Source: Guillardia theta CCMP2712 (Eukaryota > Protista > Cryptophyta). From it: DNA of 64,000 bases. Under the pieces are notes generated by a model that ran no database searches, was not told where the DNA came from, and saw only the letters and a program-made list of their open reading frames with translations. Positions 23,414 through 36,302 of the stretch are shown here, in pieces. Numbering within the stretch: position 1 is the stretch's first letter; every line of letters starts with the position of its first letter. Location of the stretch: the NCBI RefSeq assembly GCF_000315625.1, contig NW_005434584.1:62001-126000 (forward strand), written 5' to 3'. The translations under genes and the position numbers were made by a program.

Positions 23414-24217
23414 TCAATACAAGTCATGCAGCTGCTTGCATTCTTTGCAGCTTGACCGTCTCCGCTCGTGTTTGCATATGCTTCCTCCTCCACAGCCCTT
23501 GCACTGTGACCGTCTCCGCGCATGCTCGCATATGCTCCCTCCTCCGCACTCCTTGCACTGCGATCTCTGCCGCCCATGCGCGCATATGCTTCCTCCTGCG
23601 CAGCCCTTGCACTGTGATCGTGTTCTTCCGTGCTCGCAGATGCTTCCTCCTCCGCACTGCCTGCATTGCGATCGCCTTCGTTTATGCAGACAAATGCTTC
23701 CGCCGCCACATTCTTTGCACCTTGATCTTGCTCTTCCGTGCTCGCAGATGCTCCATCCTCCGCACTGCCTGCATCGTGAACGCCTCTTCTCATGCGCGCA
23801 GATGCTTCCTCCTCCGCACTGTCTACACTGTGATCGTATCCGACCATGCTCGCAAATGCTCCCTCCATCGCATCTTTTGCAGGATGCGCGATGTAGCCCG
23901 TGCTCACAGATGCTTCCTCCCCCGCATTCCTTACAACGTGATCGTACCTGACCATGCTTGCATATGCTTCCTCCTCCACAGCCTTTGCATGATGTTCTCT
24001 GCCGCCCGTGCTCACATATGCTCCCTCCCCCGCACTCCTTGCATCGTGACCGGACCTCGCCGTGGTCGCAGATACCTCCTCCATGGCATCCCTTGCATTG
24101 CGATCGTACCCTCCCGTGTTCGCATAACGTTCGTCTGACAAGTCTCTCTTTCTGCGGTCTGCTGCTCCTGCTTTCCTTCTCCTCTCTCCCTCTCTTCTTT
24201 CCCTCCCGTTCAGCCAT
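23414..24217 (-). CDS. Basic protein with 13 tandem 18-aa CxHxxxRxxCxxCGGGSI repeats (putative zinc-binding nucleic-acid binder)
   Basis: 54-bp tandem units with C, H, R, C, C invariant; ATG at 24217 (MAEREGKKRGREEK..., NLS-like). Confidence 0.8.
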   Translation of the reverse strand: MAEREGKKRGREEKESRSSRPQKERLVRRTLCEHGRVRSQCKGCHGGGICDHGEVRSRCKECGGGSICEHGRQRTSCKGCGGGSICKHGQVRSRCKECGGGSICEHGLHRASCKRCDGGSICEHGRIRSQCRQCGGGSICAHEKRRSRCRQCGGWSICEHGRARSRCKECGGGSICLHKRRRSQCRQCGGGSICEHGRTRSQCKGCAGGSICAHGRQRSQCKECGGGSICEHARRRSQCKGCGGGSICKHERRRSSCKECKQLHDLY

Positions 24218-24460
24218 CTCCTCGCCTGGATTTGAAAAAAAAATAGTCAAAATCTTGATATTTACTCAACAAAGAAAAGACAGCAAAAATAATGTGTTTC
24301 AAGGCATTGCTGCCTTTTCTGTGTCCAGCATTTTCCTCTGAGGCAAACTGTTTCGTGACAACATGCGGGTTGTGCAGCCACTACGACAGCACATAGAGCA
24401 ACTTCCGTCAGGTGTACAACGAGGTGAGATAATGCTGATCCGATCTTTGTAGACAATGAA

Positions 24461-24884
24461 TGTCAGAACCTGAATTTATGATACTATGAACCTCATGACT
24501 ATAAACATCGTAACTAGTGTCAGAACCTGAATTTATGATACTATGAACCTCATGACTATAAACATCGTAACTAGTGTCAGAACCTGAATTCATGATACTA
24601 TGAACCTCATGACTATAAACATCGTAACTAGTGTCAGAACCTGAATTCATGATACTATGAACCTCATGACTATAAACATCGTAACTAGTGTCAGAACCTG
24701 AATTCATGATACTATGAACTCATGACTATAAACATCGTAACTAGTGTCAGAACCTGAATTCATGATACTATGAACCTCATGACTATAAACATCGTAACTA
24801 GTGTCAGAACCTGATTTTATGATACTATGAATCTCATGACTATAAACATCGTAACTAGTGTCAGAACCTGAATTTATGATACTA
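24461..24884. repeat. 57-bp minisatellite, ~7.4 copies
   Basis: Unit tgtcagaacctgaattcatgatactatgaacctcatgactataaacatcgtaactag repeated head-to-tail with 1-2 variants per copy. Confidence 0.97.
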
Positions 24885-25195
24885 GCCCATGAAAGGTCGG
24901 TCTTGCGAGACGTAAACAGGAATGGATCTCACATCTTTTCAAGTCTGTAATGTGTTCATGACACCAAACTACATGTACTGATGAGACCAAGAAAGCTCTA
25001 ACACCAACAAGAACAAGCCTGCTTTCAATCCACAATGTTTTAAAATAAGGAGTTGGACAAATCAGGAGAAGGTTGAGGAGAACTTGAGCATGGTAGCCTT
25101 GAACACCTTTATTGAAATTTAAGAACGAAAGAAGAAATTCGGATGGCCTCCCCTTGGAGTGTGAGCTGGGCATGGTATTGAAGCCTTGGCGGTCA

Positions 25196-28100
25196 TCAAG
25201 TCATCTCGTCTACCTGCACCTTGACTCGCCCTCGGTACCTCACGAACTTGTGAGTCAAGAACCCCAGCAGCCCTGCTCCTATCACCCCTCCTACCGCACA
25301 ACCCACTACTACCCCGACGTTACTCGCGCTCGCTGCTTGCAATGGAATTTCAGACGCTGCTTTTCCAGTTCCAGCTGGTGTTGTTGTGACATCCGCCGCA
25401 TGGATAAAAGAGCTGGTGGTAGGAGATGGAGTTGTCTCCAAAGCCTCCACAACGGTGGAGCTGTTGGAGGAGTTGGAAGTGTTTGATGCAGCAGACGACA
25501 CGACCATTGAAACTTTGCTCGGCCGGGTCTTCCACAAGAAGAATCGACTGCTGGATGAAGTGAGGCCGGTCATTTGCCCTCCAAGAGCTCTCGTAGCTAC
25601 CGTATGGTTCAGATACACCTCAGTCACAGCGGGCCCGAGACTGGCAGTGAAGGTCAGCGAGCAGGTGTTGACCTGAGCTCCAGCATAGTCACATCTCGTA
25701 ACACTCCCGCAGGCGTACACATGTGAGCTTGATAAGTATCCGCTGCCTCCCGATACCACCGTCACCGAGGTCCCACTGAAGTCGAGGATAGCCGGCTCTC
25801 CTCCCTCCAGGCTCGGCTCGGCATAGAGTCGACCGATGCAGTCTGAGTACACGTTGGCGTTCGTAGCGTGAGTGGTTGCGTAGGTTGACCGCTGAGCGCG
25901 GACAATCGTGAGGGTATTTCCAGTGACAGCCGAGACCTTCATCACCTCATTGTCAATGCGGATGAAGCTGTTTACCGTGATGTAAGCGACAGCCGCTGTC
26001 AGAGATACAGTGACTGTGGTGGTGTCAATCTGTGCTGAGAGCGTGGCTGGTGACTGCACCCCAGATGCCGCCACTGACTTGATGGAGTAGCCCAAGAAAG
26101 GCGAGTAGACCTTGGAAGGAGCCCCCCACACGCTGCCCAGGCTAGAAGACTGTTGAGTCACCTTGTACGATGCCTTGGTTGTCAAGGTCGACGAAGCAGT
26201 CGAGGATAACACGGGGTTTGTGGAGATAGCTGAGGTCCGAGCCTGCAGGGTCACGGCAATGCTCTCACTACCAACCACGTGATCGCCCAGCATCTGTCCA
26301 AAAGAGTCGAGGATGTAGACCGGGCTTGTTCCGTTGATGCGGTTGGAGCTGCTCTCAAGAACAGGCGAGTTTGGACGCATCAAGTCATATCCGTCCATCC
26401 TGTCCTGGTAGTAGAGCGGGTCGGTGCTGTACTTGGCCGGGTTGTAGATGACAGGGTAGGACAGTGAAGAAACGATCAGGTCCTGGTTCACTCCAAAGGG
26501 GGTGAGGGCAGGCGCGAGGTAGTTGAGGGAGAGCACAGGGGCCTTCTGAAGCTTGGATGGGCTGCTGATCACTGCGATGCCATCGAGGTACAACATCGGG
26601 GTAGCATCAGTAGTGCCGGGGTTGGTGATGAGAGGACGTGCGTACAAGCCAGAGTTGCTGCCTGAGATGGACTGAAGCACGCCAGTCGCCCCGATGATGG
26701 TCTCACTCAGGTACTGAGCGCTGATCGACAGCACAATCTCCGCATTCGCATTGTGCGCGGCAGCCGTGGTACCTTGTTGGCCCCTGGAGACAGTGATGGT
26801 GCTTGCAGACTTGTTGAGAGACAAAACGTATATCACCTCCTGCTCCACGAGGATGTTCGTGCCCTGCGCTGGCAGCGTTCCTGTCTTGCCCGCATTCGGT
26901 CCCATCGATATCAACGTGTCAGAGATCGAGAGGTCAGTATTCAAGGCAATGGGCAGCAGGGAGACTGTCTCGACGCTCACGGCCGTGTACTCGGCCCCAG
27001 ACGCGTGCGATGCTGCCTGAGTGTAAGCCTGAGCGCGGAGAATGGTGAACGAGCCCGTGTTCAAGGCAGTGATCAGCATGATCTCGTTGCCAATCTGAAT
27101 GTAAGTGTTGGCCGTGAAGCCTCTGGTGGTGAAGACCGGGAGAGTCGTGGCGGTGGCTGTGATGGAGGCCGAGGTCTTGGCTACTGCAGCCTTGGGGTTG
27201 AAGAGTCCCACCAGGGCTGCTGCTGGATGTGACGGAGTCTCGGTTCCCTCCGCCTGTGTGTATCCTCTGTACACGCTCAGAGTGTTGGCGGTCGTGTCAA
27301 CGCTCGCTACCAGCATGAACTCGTCATCGACTGCAACGGATTCGTCCACGGCAAACCCGCTTGCCGATGCCACATAGATCGTCTCTACCGTACCCGCAAC
27401 TGACGTCAGGACAGCCTTCTCGAGTGCCGTACCAGGAAAGAACAAGACGACACTCGCTCCGGGAAAGTGTTGCGACTGGCTGGTACCTCCAAGCGCTCTT
27501 TCGCTCACAGTGATCGTGTTGCCGGTCACCGTTCCAATCTTGAAGATCTCGCTATCAATCAAGATCAAATCTCCTGCCTTGAAAGAGGAGGCGTCCTCCA
27601 CGGCGAATGAGATACTGGCTGCTGCCCGCACATCGTTAGATCTCGATGAGAACAAGCCAGCCTGCTTCAGGCTTCGAGCCGCGATGTTCACGTTCAAGAA
27701 GGTCTGAGGCGTCGGTACCGTCGGGTTGGAATAGAAGTGCTTAGACTCGTACATGAAGTCAACGCCCGTGATCTCTCCCGCATGATTCCTCCAGGTAGAC
27801 TGATCCACCGACATGTCTCCCGGCCAGAACGACGGGTACGGCGCAAGGCCGTCCAGGGACTTGCTGTCCTCGAAGAAGATCACCACTGTAGTCGCCCCGC
27901 ACGATGCCCACGAGAGAGTCACAGGCTGGGTGCCGTACGAGTACCCGTAGCCGCCGTCAACCACGTATGGGGCATTGGCCTTACGATCCCAGGTGATGGT
28001 CGCAGCCCCCTGAGTCTGAGTGGTGGAGAGAGTCATGGTAGTGGGGTTGAGGTAATACGTCTGTGCTGGGCAGATGTACAACGGAGCAGCAGCTGTCTGC

Positions 28101-31100
28101 ACAGTCGAGACTGACATGCCTCCCTGCAGTTCCGCTGCGACCACCAGGCCAGTCGTAGAGCATGGGGTGCTCCCAACGCTCACAAAGGAGACAGTGGGAG
28201 CAGTGATGTATCCCGAGCCCGGGTTGACAGTGCGGACAGCAAGCTTGTACTGTGCGGCCTGTGCCGGAAGATCAGCGGCTGTGGCTGGACTCTGAGAGAG
28301 ATAGCTGTCTGCCCTCGTGCTCTCGACGACAAGCTCGACCTGTGCGGCGACACCCGACATGGACGTCGGAGGCTCTACGACTACCTGAGGTGGTGTGCAC
28401 ATGGCTGACAGGAGGTTCTGAGATGAGACGTAGAAGTTCAGCGATCCAGTCGATGCCATGAAGCCTCGGTTCCTTCTCGCCGCGTACGCCGTCGACGACG
28501 AGTACTGGATGCCAGACTGACCCGAGGATACACGCATCTGAAGCGTCTTGCGCGTGCGGTAGTCGTTGGCTCCCGGGTTGGTCGCTTGGCAGACCTGGAG
28601 GTTGTTTCTGTTGACAGGAGAGAAGAAGGCGTTGGCGTAGGATGGCTGAGTGCACTGACCATTGAAGCATCCGCTCTCGAGAGTAGCTGTGGCCACGGCC
28701 TGTGAGGTGATGGTGCAGGACTTGCAGTCAAATGTAACAGTGGGAGCAGTGTCGTACCCGTATCCCCCCTGAGTCATGTACACGCCGTCGATGACCAACC
28801 CAACGCCCGATGCGAGATTGGTGAGCCGAGTGACGTCGATTGCAAAGTACTGGGGAACGCAGTTCCCGTTGGTGCCCGTGTATCCATCCTTCAAGAAGGT
28901 TTGGCCATTGTTGGAGTTGAACTTGATGTCGTACACGTACGGGATCGAGGCATAGCCCGTTCCTTGCTGAATGACCTGAGAGGTCCTCGATGCGGCGCTG
29001 TTGATCTGGATCTGAAGCTGTGCTCCTCCGGCCCTCTCGGGGTAGGAGAACATCAAGACGATGTTGTCGCACCCGGTCGCTGTCGACAGGGCAGCCCCCT
29101 TGTACAGCAAGACGTTCGTGTTCAGGTTTGTAGTGCCCCCAGAGGAGGTGGTTGTAGGAGGGAACGACCACGTCGGTACACCCTTGGCGGTCGCGTACAT
29201 GTTGGAGGAGCCCAGCGGCGAGGCAGAGAAGGTCACGGTGGTGCCTTTGAAGGTGTATCCTGCTCCAGCGCTTGACATGGTCACTCCGGTGACACGCGAG
29301 TTCTTGTAGGTAGACTGCTCTCGCTGATATGCCTCGGTCTTACCATTGGAGCAGGCTTCGTTGAATCCGACCAGCACCGGGGAGTCCATGGCTGACGTGA
29401 CCGGGTTGACAGTCTTGTACGAGTTGGCAGACGACTGCGTCACTTGGAGTGGTCGCATTCCTCTGTAGCTAGAGAACGAGGTTGATCCCCCCACAAGCAC
29501 ATCCACGTTCGAGTAGCTCAAGAAGGCCTTTGCAGTCGCAGCCCCGCAACCTGTGATGGTCACCGATGGTGCTGACGTGTATCCATACCCTCCGTATGTC
29601 ACGTTGATGGATTGCAGGATGTTGGCCGCTGTGACAGGTACTGCCTTCGCTTGCGCAGCTGCTGACACCCCGGACGCGGACACGGTGATCGTCGGGCTCG
29701 TGCAGGTTGTACCAGACTTGGTAATGGCAATCGATGCCACGTAACCAGAGTTCATCTCGGCTGACCCGCTCGCCGCCGTCTCGAGAGAAAACAAGGAGAC
29801 AGACGAGAACTCAGACGAGTACAGGCCCGTCAAGGTGTCAGTCTGCTCTCTGTTCCATTCATACAAGAAGGTGTTGCCTGTTTCGTACCTCATCGCAATG
29901 CTCGACGAGAAGTTCTGGGAGATGTACGCCTGCGCCTGAGCATTGCACGTAGCCGGAAAAGTAACCAAAGGAGCTGATATGTATCCGCTACCTCCGTTCT
30001 GGAGTACCACCTGAGACACGCTGTTTCCATTCAGCAACACAATGGCTGAGGCTTGCTGGCCTGCATAGGTCAACCCCGTCAGGCCATCAATGTATGATCC
30101 GGATGGGTTCGGAGACTCGATATTGACAGTGGTTCCTGAGGGGCAGTTGTTTCCTTGTACTGCAACCTCAACGCGTCGTACGCCTGAATTTCCCGACAAC
30201 AAGAAGACTCCGTTGAAGTAGGTCGTCGTCCCCGTGCTGGTCACACACTGACCGATGAAGCGAGGAGGAGACGTGTATCCGCTCCCCGCGTAAGTGATCT
30301 CAAACTTGGACGTGGCCCCAGAGATAAATCGTACCTCCGGCTTGTTTCCTCCCATGCTCTGAGGACCATCCACATACTTGATGCTGCAGTCTCCTGCGAG
30401 CGTTCCGCCGGTTATGACCATCCCCGTCACTCCGTATCCCTTCACGTACGAGCTCTTGACCGGCAGCGTGGTTGCAAAGTAGTACCTCGTCCTCTCCGCG
30501 ATAGTCTTGGAAGCGTCGTCGGTGGATCGAGTGATGTAAGCATTGACGTTCTTGGGATAGGACTTGAACCTGTACCCAGGTATGGTGATCGACACAGACT
30601 CGCCAGGCTCCACCCTCGCGCTCTTGGCAACGATCAGCTCCAACTGGGTGTAGATGGTGTAGGGCTTGTTGGCTATGTCGACGTTCCGTGGCTTGTTGCC
30701 GTTCGAGTCGACCACCCAGTACACGCCTCCTGCTCCCTGCTTGATCAAGTACTCGTTGGACCCGATCATGGCGGTCATTCCTGTGTATCGGCCAACGTTC
30801 TCCTTCACATGGATGCTACAGTCGCTCAAGAAAGACGATGGGAACTCCTGCCCCACAAGGAAGCAAGGGGTCGGCGAGTAGTACGGGTTGTAATCGAGTA
30901 TCGTCTGGGTGATAATATTCTGGTTGGCCGTAGACATGATCACTTCAAACACTGGTGCTGTCGTCTGAGTAACCCCAGTAGGCGCGGCCGACAAGAACAC
31001 TGATGGGATGGTCACGTACCCGCTGCCCTGGCTGGTTACGCTGACTGTGGCTACCGACATGAACAGGTTGAGGGTGGGGGGGGTGGTTCCAGTACAAGTT

Positions 31101-34100
31101 GCAGTAGGAAAGCTCGTGTACAACCCGGGATTGGTGATCTCGACTCTGTACGCGGGTGCGGATGTAGAAGCAACGACTGACATCACGACCTGGGCGCTGG
31201 CAGCGATCAACTGAGTTCCAGCAGCTGCAGTGAATGTGATGCTCTGACAGTTCTCCAGAGTCACAGCGTTGAGCGAGAGCTGGGCCACCTGATAAGAGAT
31301 CGAGGCTGAAGCAGAGCTAGCAGCACCAGCATCTGATTGCGAGATCGTCACGGTCTGAGCAGATGCCTGCACAGTCACGGTGTACAGCCCTGCAGACTTG
31401 ACCTTGATGGCGGTCACAGATGACCCGCTTGCTGCTGCTGTAAAAGCGTTGTTCCTGCACGAGATCTGCATACCAACGTAGTCCGATGCCGATGCAGACA
31501 AGCCAGCCGTGTAGCAAGCCTCATGCGTGTACCCCAGAGGGCTTGGTCCCGCGAACCGAACCTTCGACAGCGTGTAAGACGACTGCCCTCCGACGTCGTA
31601 GTCCGACGCTCCCCAAGGGCACTGCTTGTGGCTCCAGCAGAGGTCCTTGTTCTTCTTGTAGCCGTCATCAGAAGGTGACAACACAAACACTCCGTCCACG
31701 TCCGCATCACCCGATCGATGCCTGTTACCATCGGCAATGTACCCCTTGGACAAGTAGGCCCTAGCCCTGTCCTCGGAGCTGCCAAACAACTCCCACTCCA
31801 GCTGCGAGGTGAAGGTCTCGAACGCCGAGTTAGATGACTGCACTCCAAACAGAGGCCCGGACTCCTCCACCTCGTAGGCAGGAAGGTTGACAAACAAGGA
31901 GTCGCCCGCAAACAAGCGGGTCTGCGGCACGATGTTGAGCACGACATCCGAAGAGGACGCAGTCATCTGCAACCCGCTGGTCTGCGATCCCGACACAATT
32001 GCTTGCGATGGGAAGTTGGACGTAGCCTGAATGGACAGAGCGAGAGCCGACTGCTCCGAGCTCGGGTTCTGAATCTGAAACTGCACCGTGTAGACGCCCC
32101 TGTCGTACAGATAAGCCTGCGCCTTTGCTGCAGTGATAGTTCCAGTCTCAGTTGCTGCAGGTGAGATGATGACCACAGGTGTGAGGTAGTATCCATGTCC
32201 AGGGTCGGTGATGGTGATTGCAGTGACCGCGCCACCCGAGATCGTTGCAGTGGCAGTTGCTCCCTGTCCGACCCCGTACATCACATTGCCTCCAGAGCAA
32301 ACTGAGTTCTTGTAAAACTCAGACCCACAAATCACAACACTAGGCGGCACAGTGTACCCAGACCCTCCTGACAGCGCAACAATCTCGCAGATGCCGTTCG
32401 ATCTCATCGCGTTGACGTTGAAGTAAGGGTTGTACACAGGCAGGTTGGGCGACTGCTGGTAAGTCATCTTGAACTCGTTATGCTTGAACGTACATGTAGA
32501 AGCGAAGTCGGCACCATGGATGTTTCCACTGACCGCGTTCGAAGCCACGTTGACATACTCGCCATTCCTGCTGATCCAGCAGGGGAAGGTGTCAGGAGAG
32601 GCAATGAAGCCAGTCAGCGATGAGACCGTCACCGCCTGGCTGGTAGTCAAGGCGTAGTTGGGCTGTAGCTCCACTGTCATCCACACAGTGTTTGAGGTCA
32701 CGTTGGAGCTGGATCGAATGGTCGCATGCGGGAACGAGGGGTCCACAATGTAGCCCGCGCAGCTTGACAGCACCGATGGATATCCGTACACTCTCTTGCC
32801 CGTGTCCTGCTTCATTGTGTACGTCTGCACTCCAGGCGCTGCACTCGGCGCGTCACTGGAGCTGACAAGCAACGACACCGATGGACACGATCCTCCGTTC
32901 TTGTAGGCAGAGTTCGGGTTGATCATACGGAAGCAGAACTTGTACTTGGTTCCAAGCACCAGCGTCTGGGTCACAAACTGGAACTGGATCTCACCGTTTC
33001 CGTTGTTGTAATCTGCTTTGTTCGCGATGTTGTTACCCGAGATCGTTGTAAAGTATCCGCTCAGCGACGTGCTTGAGAGCGGGCTGATTCCATATTCATC
33101 GTAAAAGTCAACTGTGGACGTGGACGTGAACATCGGCAGCCCAGTCAACGTAAACTTGGTCTGTTTGATAATGTTCTTGTTCGGCCTCAGGGTAACACAG
33201 ACAGGATTGACTGCACCTGGCGCAGGATACAACTGGCCGATGTCGTACTTGTTGAACAGGTTGCTCGTCAAGAAGAGAGGGTTCTTGTAGCTGGAAAGCG
33301 GAAGCGTTGCCGTCTGCGAGTTGGTCTGCTCGCCGCTGGCAAACGAAGCTGAGATCGACACAGTCGGATTTGACTGCGGCGTCTTGCCATTCACGAAGGC
33401 ATATTGAAGCACATAGGTCCAGCCAGCCATCATACAGTGGGTCGTTATTCCCTTGATGGGCATCTGACAAGTGGAAGATGAAGGAAGGTGAATGATCATC
33501 TGACCGTTCGACTGAGACCACTCAGTCTTCTGGATGATCGGAGAGTAGTAGTCTGTTGACGCCGGTGATAGTGCAGTCAGAGATGTCTGCGTGGTGTCTG
33601 TTCCCGTCAAGCCCGCAATGGTGATGGTTGCACCGTACCCATTCAAACCAAGATCAACATTCGAGCGGAGAGAAATGGTCAGTACGTTGTTCTCTTGGAT
33701 CAGAGGCGTCTGCTGGGTGATCAACCGGGTCAAGAAGCCCTTGTCGTAGACCTTCAAGGGACAGGCATCCCCATCCATCTCTCCATCTTGCAAGGCGCGA
33801 TTCACAGGGGATACAACCATCTGCACAGTCTGCGTCGTCGTGTATGATACCTGGCTGTTCTGGCTCTGATACAGGGCATTCAACGTCAATGTGACCGTCT
33901 GGCAAGGCTGCGCGACCTTGGAGTTCTTGAGAGGAATTGCGAACTTGATCTCATGGCCTGAGGGGAGATTCTGAGCTGGGTTCAATACAAGCTTGGCTAT
34001 GCCAGCTGCGAAGTTTGCAACCTTGTTGACTTCTCCAGCAGTGAGAGCGCTGGTGAAGTATGCAGTGCTGGCCTTTGATGGTGTCACAAGCGAGTGAGTG

Positions 34101-36302
34101 TTCCAGTCGTAAGATGGGCAGTTGTCAATGTCCGGGTTGGAGTTGTCCTGCGCCTGGCTGCCTGACAGGCCGGACAGGGTGATGGTTGCTTCATTGTACT
34201 GGCCTGCATTCAAGTATGTTTGAAGGTTGAAGTTGGTCTTCAGAGTCACACAGATGTAGTTTGTCACGTCCGGTCGAGTGGTAACCTGTCCGATCTTGTA
34301 CTTGGTAAACGACGGCTTCTCAACAAGACCCACTGATCCTCCGAGGTTCGTGACAGCCTCATTCTGAACCTGGTTCGGCCCAGTCGTCAACGACACTGTC
34401 ATCGTACAGGCCGAGTTCTCCCTATCCGATACCCTCCAGCTCCACGCGAAGGCATAGTCACCTCGCGCGGCCAGAGCCTGGGTCAGGGTCAGCTTCAGGG
34501 TCCCTGACGACTGGCTCCAGTCCATCGTCGACCCGGTGTATCCAAAACTTGGATCTCCAATGTCAACCTCCGTCGGATAAGACGAGCTGGAGCACTTGTC
34601 CGTCAAAGGATTGCCTCCAGCAAACCTGTTACCCACCATGTTTACCTTGGTACCAGACTCCTGAGTCCCGCACAGACCAGTGAAGGTCAAGATGGAAGAA
34701 GTCTGGATATCGAAGTTGGGAGACAGAGTCACAAACATGTTCGACAAGGAGCCTGTGTCAGACGAGCTCTGGAACATCCTTGCCCCGATCTTGTTTCCGA
34801 CCGCCTGGAGAATCTTCGTCGAGGGACTGAAAGTGATCGGGTTGAGCGTGATGGACTGTCCGGTAGATCCCGTGCAGAAGTCAGAGATCTGGCAATACTT
34901 GCCCGACATCGAGATAGAGATGGGCTTCGATGCTGCTGACACTGTTCCCGGTGTCTTCAGCTGAAACGAGAAGATGACAACCTCTCCTGCTTGAATGTAC
35001 ATGCCTGGCAAGAGCTGAAAGGTCAAGGTGCCCGCCCCTTGGACAAAGTCGGCTTTTCCAATCTGGTTTCCGTAGCTGATAGACTGGAACATGCTTGGGA
35101 AGAGCCCTGCTTGAGTGCTTTCACATTGACATTTGTTCTGATACAAGGCTGTCACTTGATCTGGTGTACTAGACCCTGTCAACCCGGAGATCGTCAAAGT
35201 TGTGGGAGTAGATGATGTCGGAGACGAGTAGATGGTCATGGATGGTACGATCGTAACAGTGATGCACACGGCTTGGTTGATACCGTCTGTGTTCCCTGCA
35301 GCGGCAGCATACACGAACGTGGGGTTCTTGGTCACTCCGATAGCTCCAGCCTCCTTCCTCACCGGAAGTCTTGGCCTGTCTGAGCCGAAGCGTTGTGACT
35401 TGTACTTGTCAAACGGTACTTGGTACACGAGGTTTGCTGTGCTGCAGGTGGTACTGGCAAAGGCGGAAAGACTCACTCCGGTGCAGTCAGACGATGTGGT
35501 TGCAGGCTTCTCGTAGACAGACACGAAGGCCATCTGATGCCACTCCTCGTTGATGCCTCCGAGAGGCGGCAGAGGTCCCAGACCGTTCTGCTTGGATGAT
35601 GTGTCATAGTTGAGATACATGCTCACTTTGCTGATGAAGACTCCTGTCACGGTGCTAGGCGCATTGCTGCTCAGCCTCAGACGCAGCATCTCTCGCTGAG
35701 CGTTCCACTCACAGTAGTCAAACACATTCGCCCGGAGCTGCTTCAGGTCGAAAGCGTTCGATGACACATCGCCTACGATTCCCATGCATCCAACTGCTCC
35801 TGGGCCACTCACAGACAGTGACAGGTCGCTCGAGATGGCTTGTTGCCAGGGCTCCTGTACAGACTGAGAGATCACAATGCTGTTCTGCTGCGACATCCAG
35901 CTGATCGTGCTCTCAGTGCTCTCAGTGCTTCCACGTGATGCACCGAAGAAGTTCGACCCTCCGGTGAAGCCGGGCATGTAAACTTCGACCACATGCCCAG
36001 GAGACAGAATGCTGGTCTGCTTGGACTTGGTCAGGGTGTTTCCAAGCTGACCCCAGTAGATCTTGAAGTTGGTCGCCTTGAGATCCTTCACGCCATGGTC
36101 GAAGTGGAGTTGAGCCATCTCGGCTATGGTTCCAACCGTGGTGGTTGATCCGACAGTGAATGTTTGCCGATCGGCATGTACAGCTACCGAGCAGCAAGCA
36201 AGAAGCAGCCATACCGACATCTGCATCTGTCAGCAGTGATGTCACTTGCGAACAAGCATCGATCATCAACTTTCTCACCCTCACCTGCATCATGCCTTGC
36301 AT
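25196..36302 (-). CDS. Giant (~3680 aa) type-I membrane surface protein, copy 2 (paralog of 3715-16310, lacking the SRCR block)
   Basis: 11-kb ORF 25196-36226 collinear with copy 1. Short first exon (start at 36302 or 36293) and intron 36284-36221 at the same position as in copy 1. TM VGVVVGCAVGGVIGAGLLGFL; short basic tail. Confidence 0.9.

Noticed and set aside
22855-24138. 427-aa plus-strand ORF as a real fusion protein
   Set aside because: It is a DUF3431 fragment running into the antisense of the CHCC-repeat gene, which stays open because of the repeat structure
24461-24884. Possible CRISPR array
   Set aside because: Units are contiguous near-identical 57-mers with no unique spacers, no cas genes, and the context is eukaryotic
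3858-35553. Many short ORFs overlapping the two giant genes
   Set aside because: Antisense or alternate-frame shadows of long coding sequence; they recur in both copies only because the DNA is duplicated
3715-36302. Integrated prophage or endogenous giant virus
   Set aside because: No capsid, terminase, packaging ATPase, polymerase or integrase genes seen; the giant genes have signal peptides, TM anchors and a spliceosomal intron
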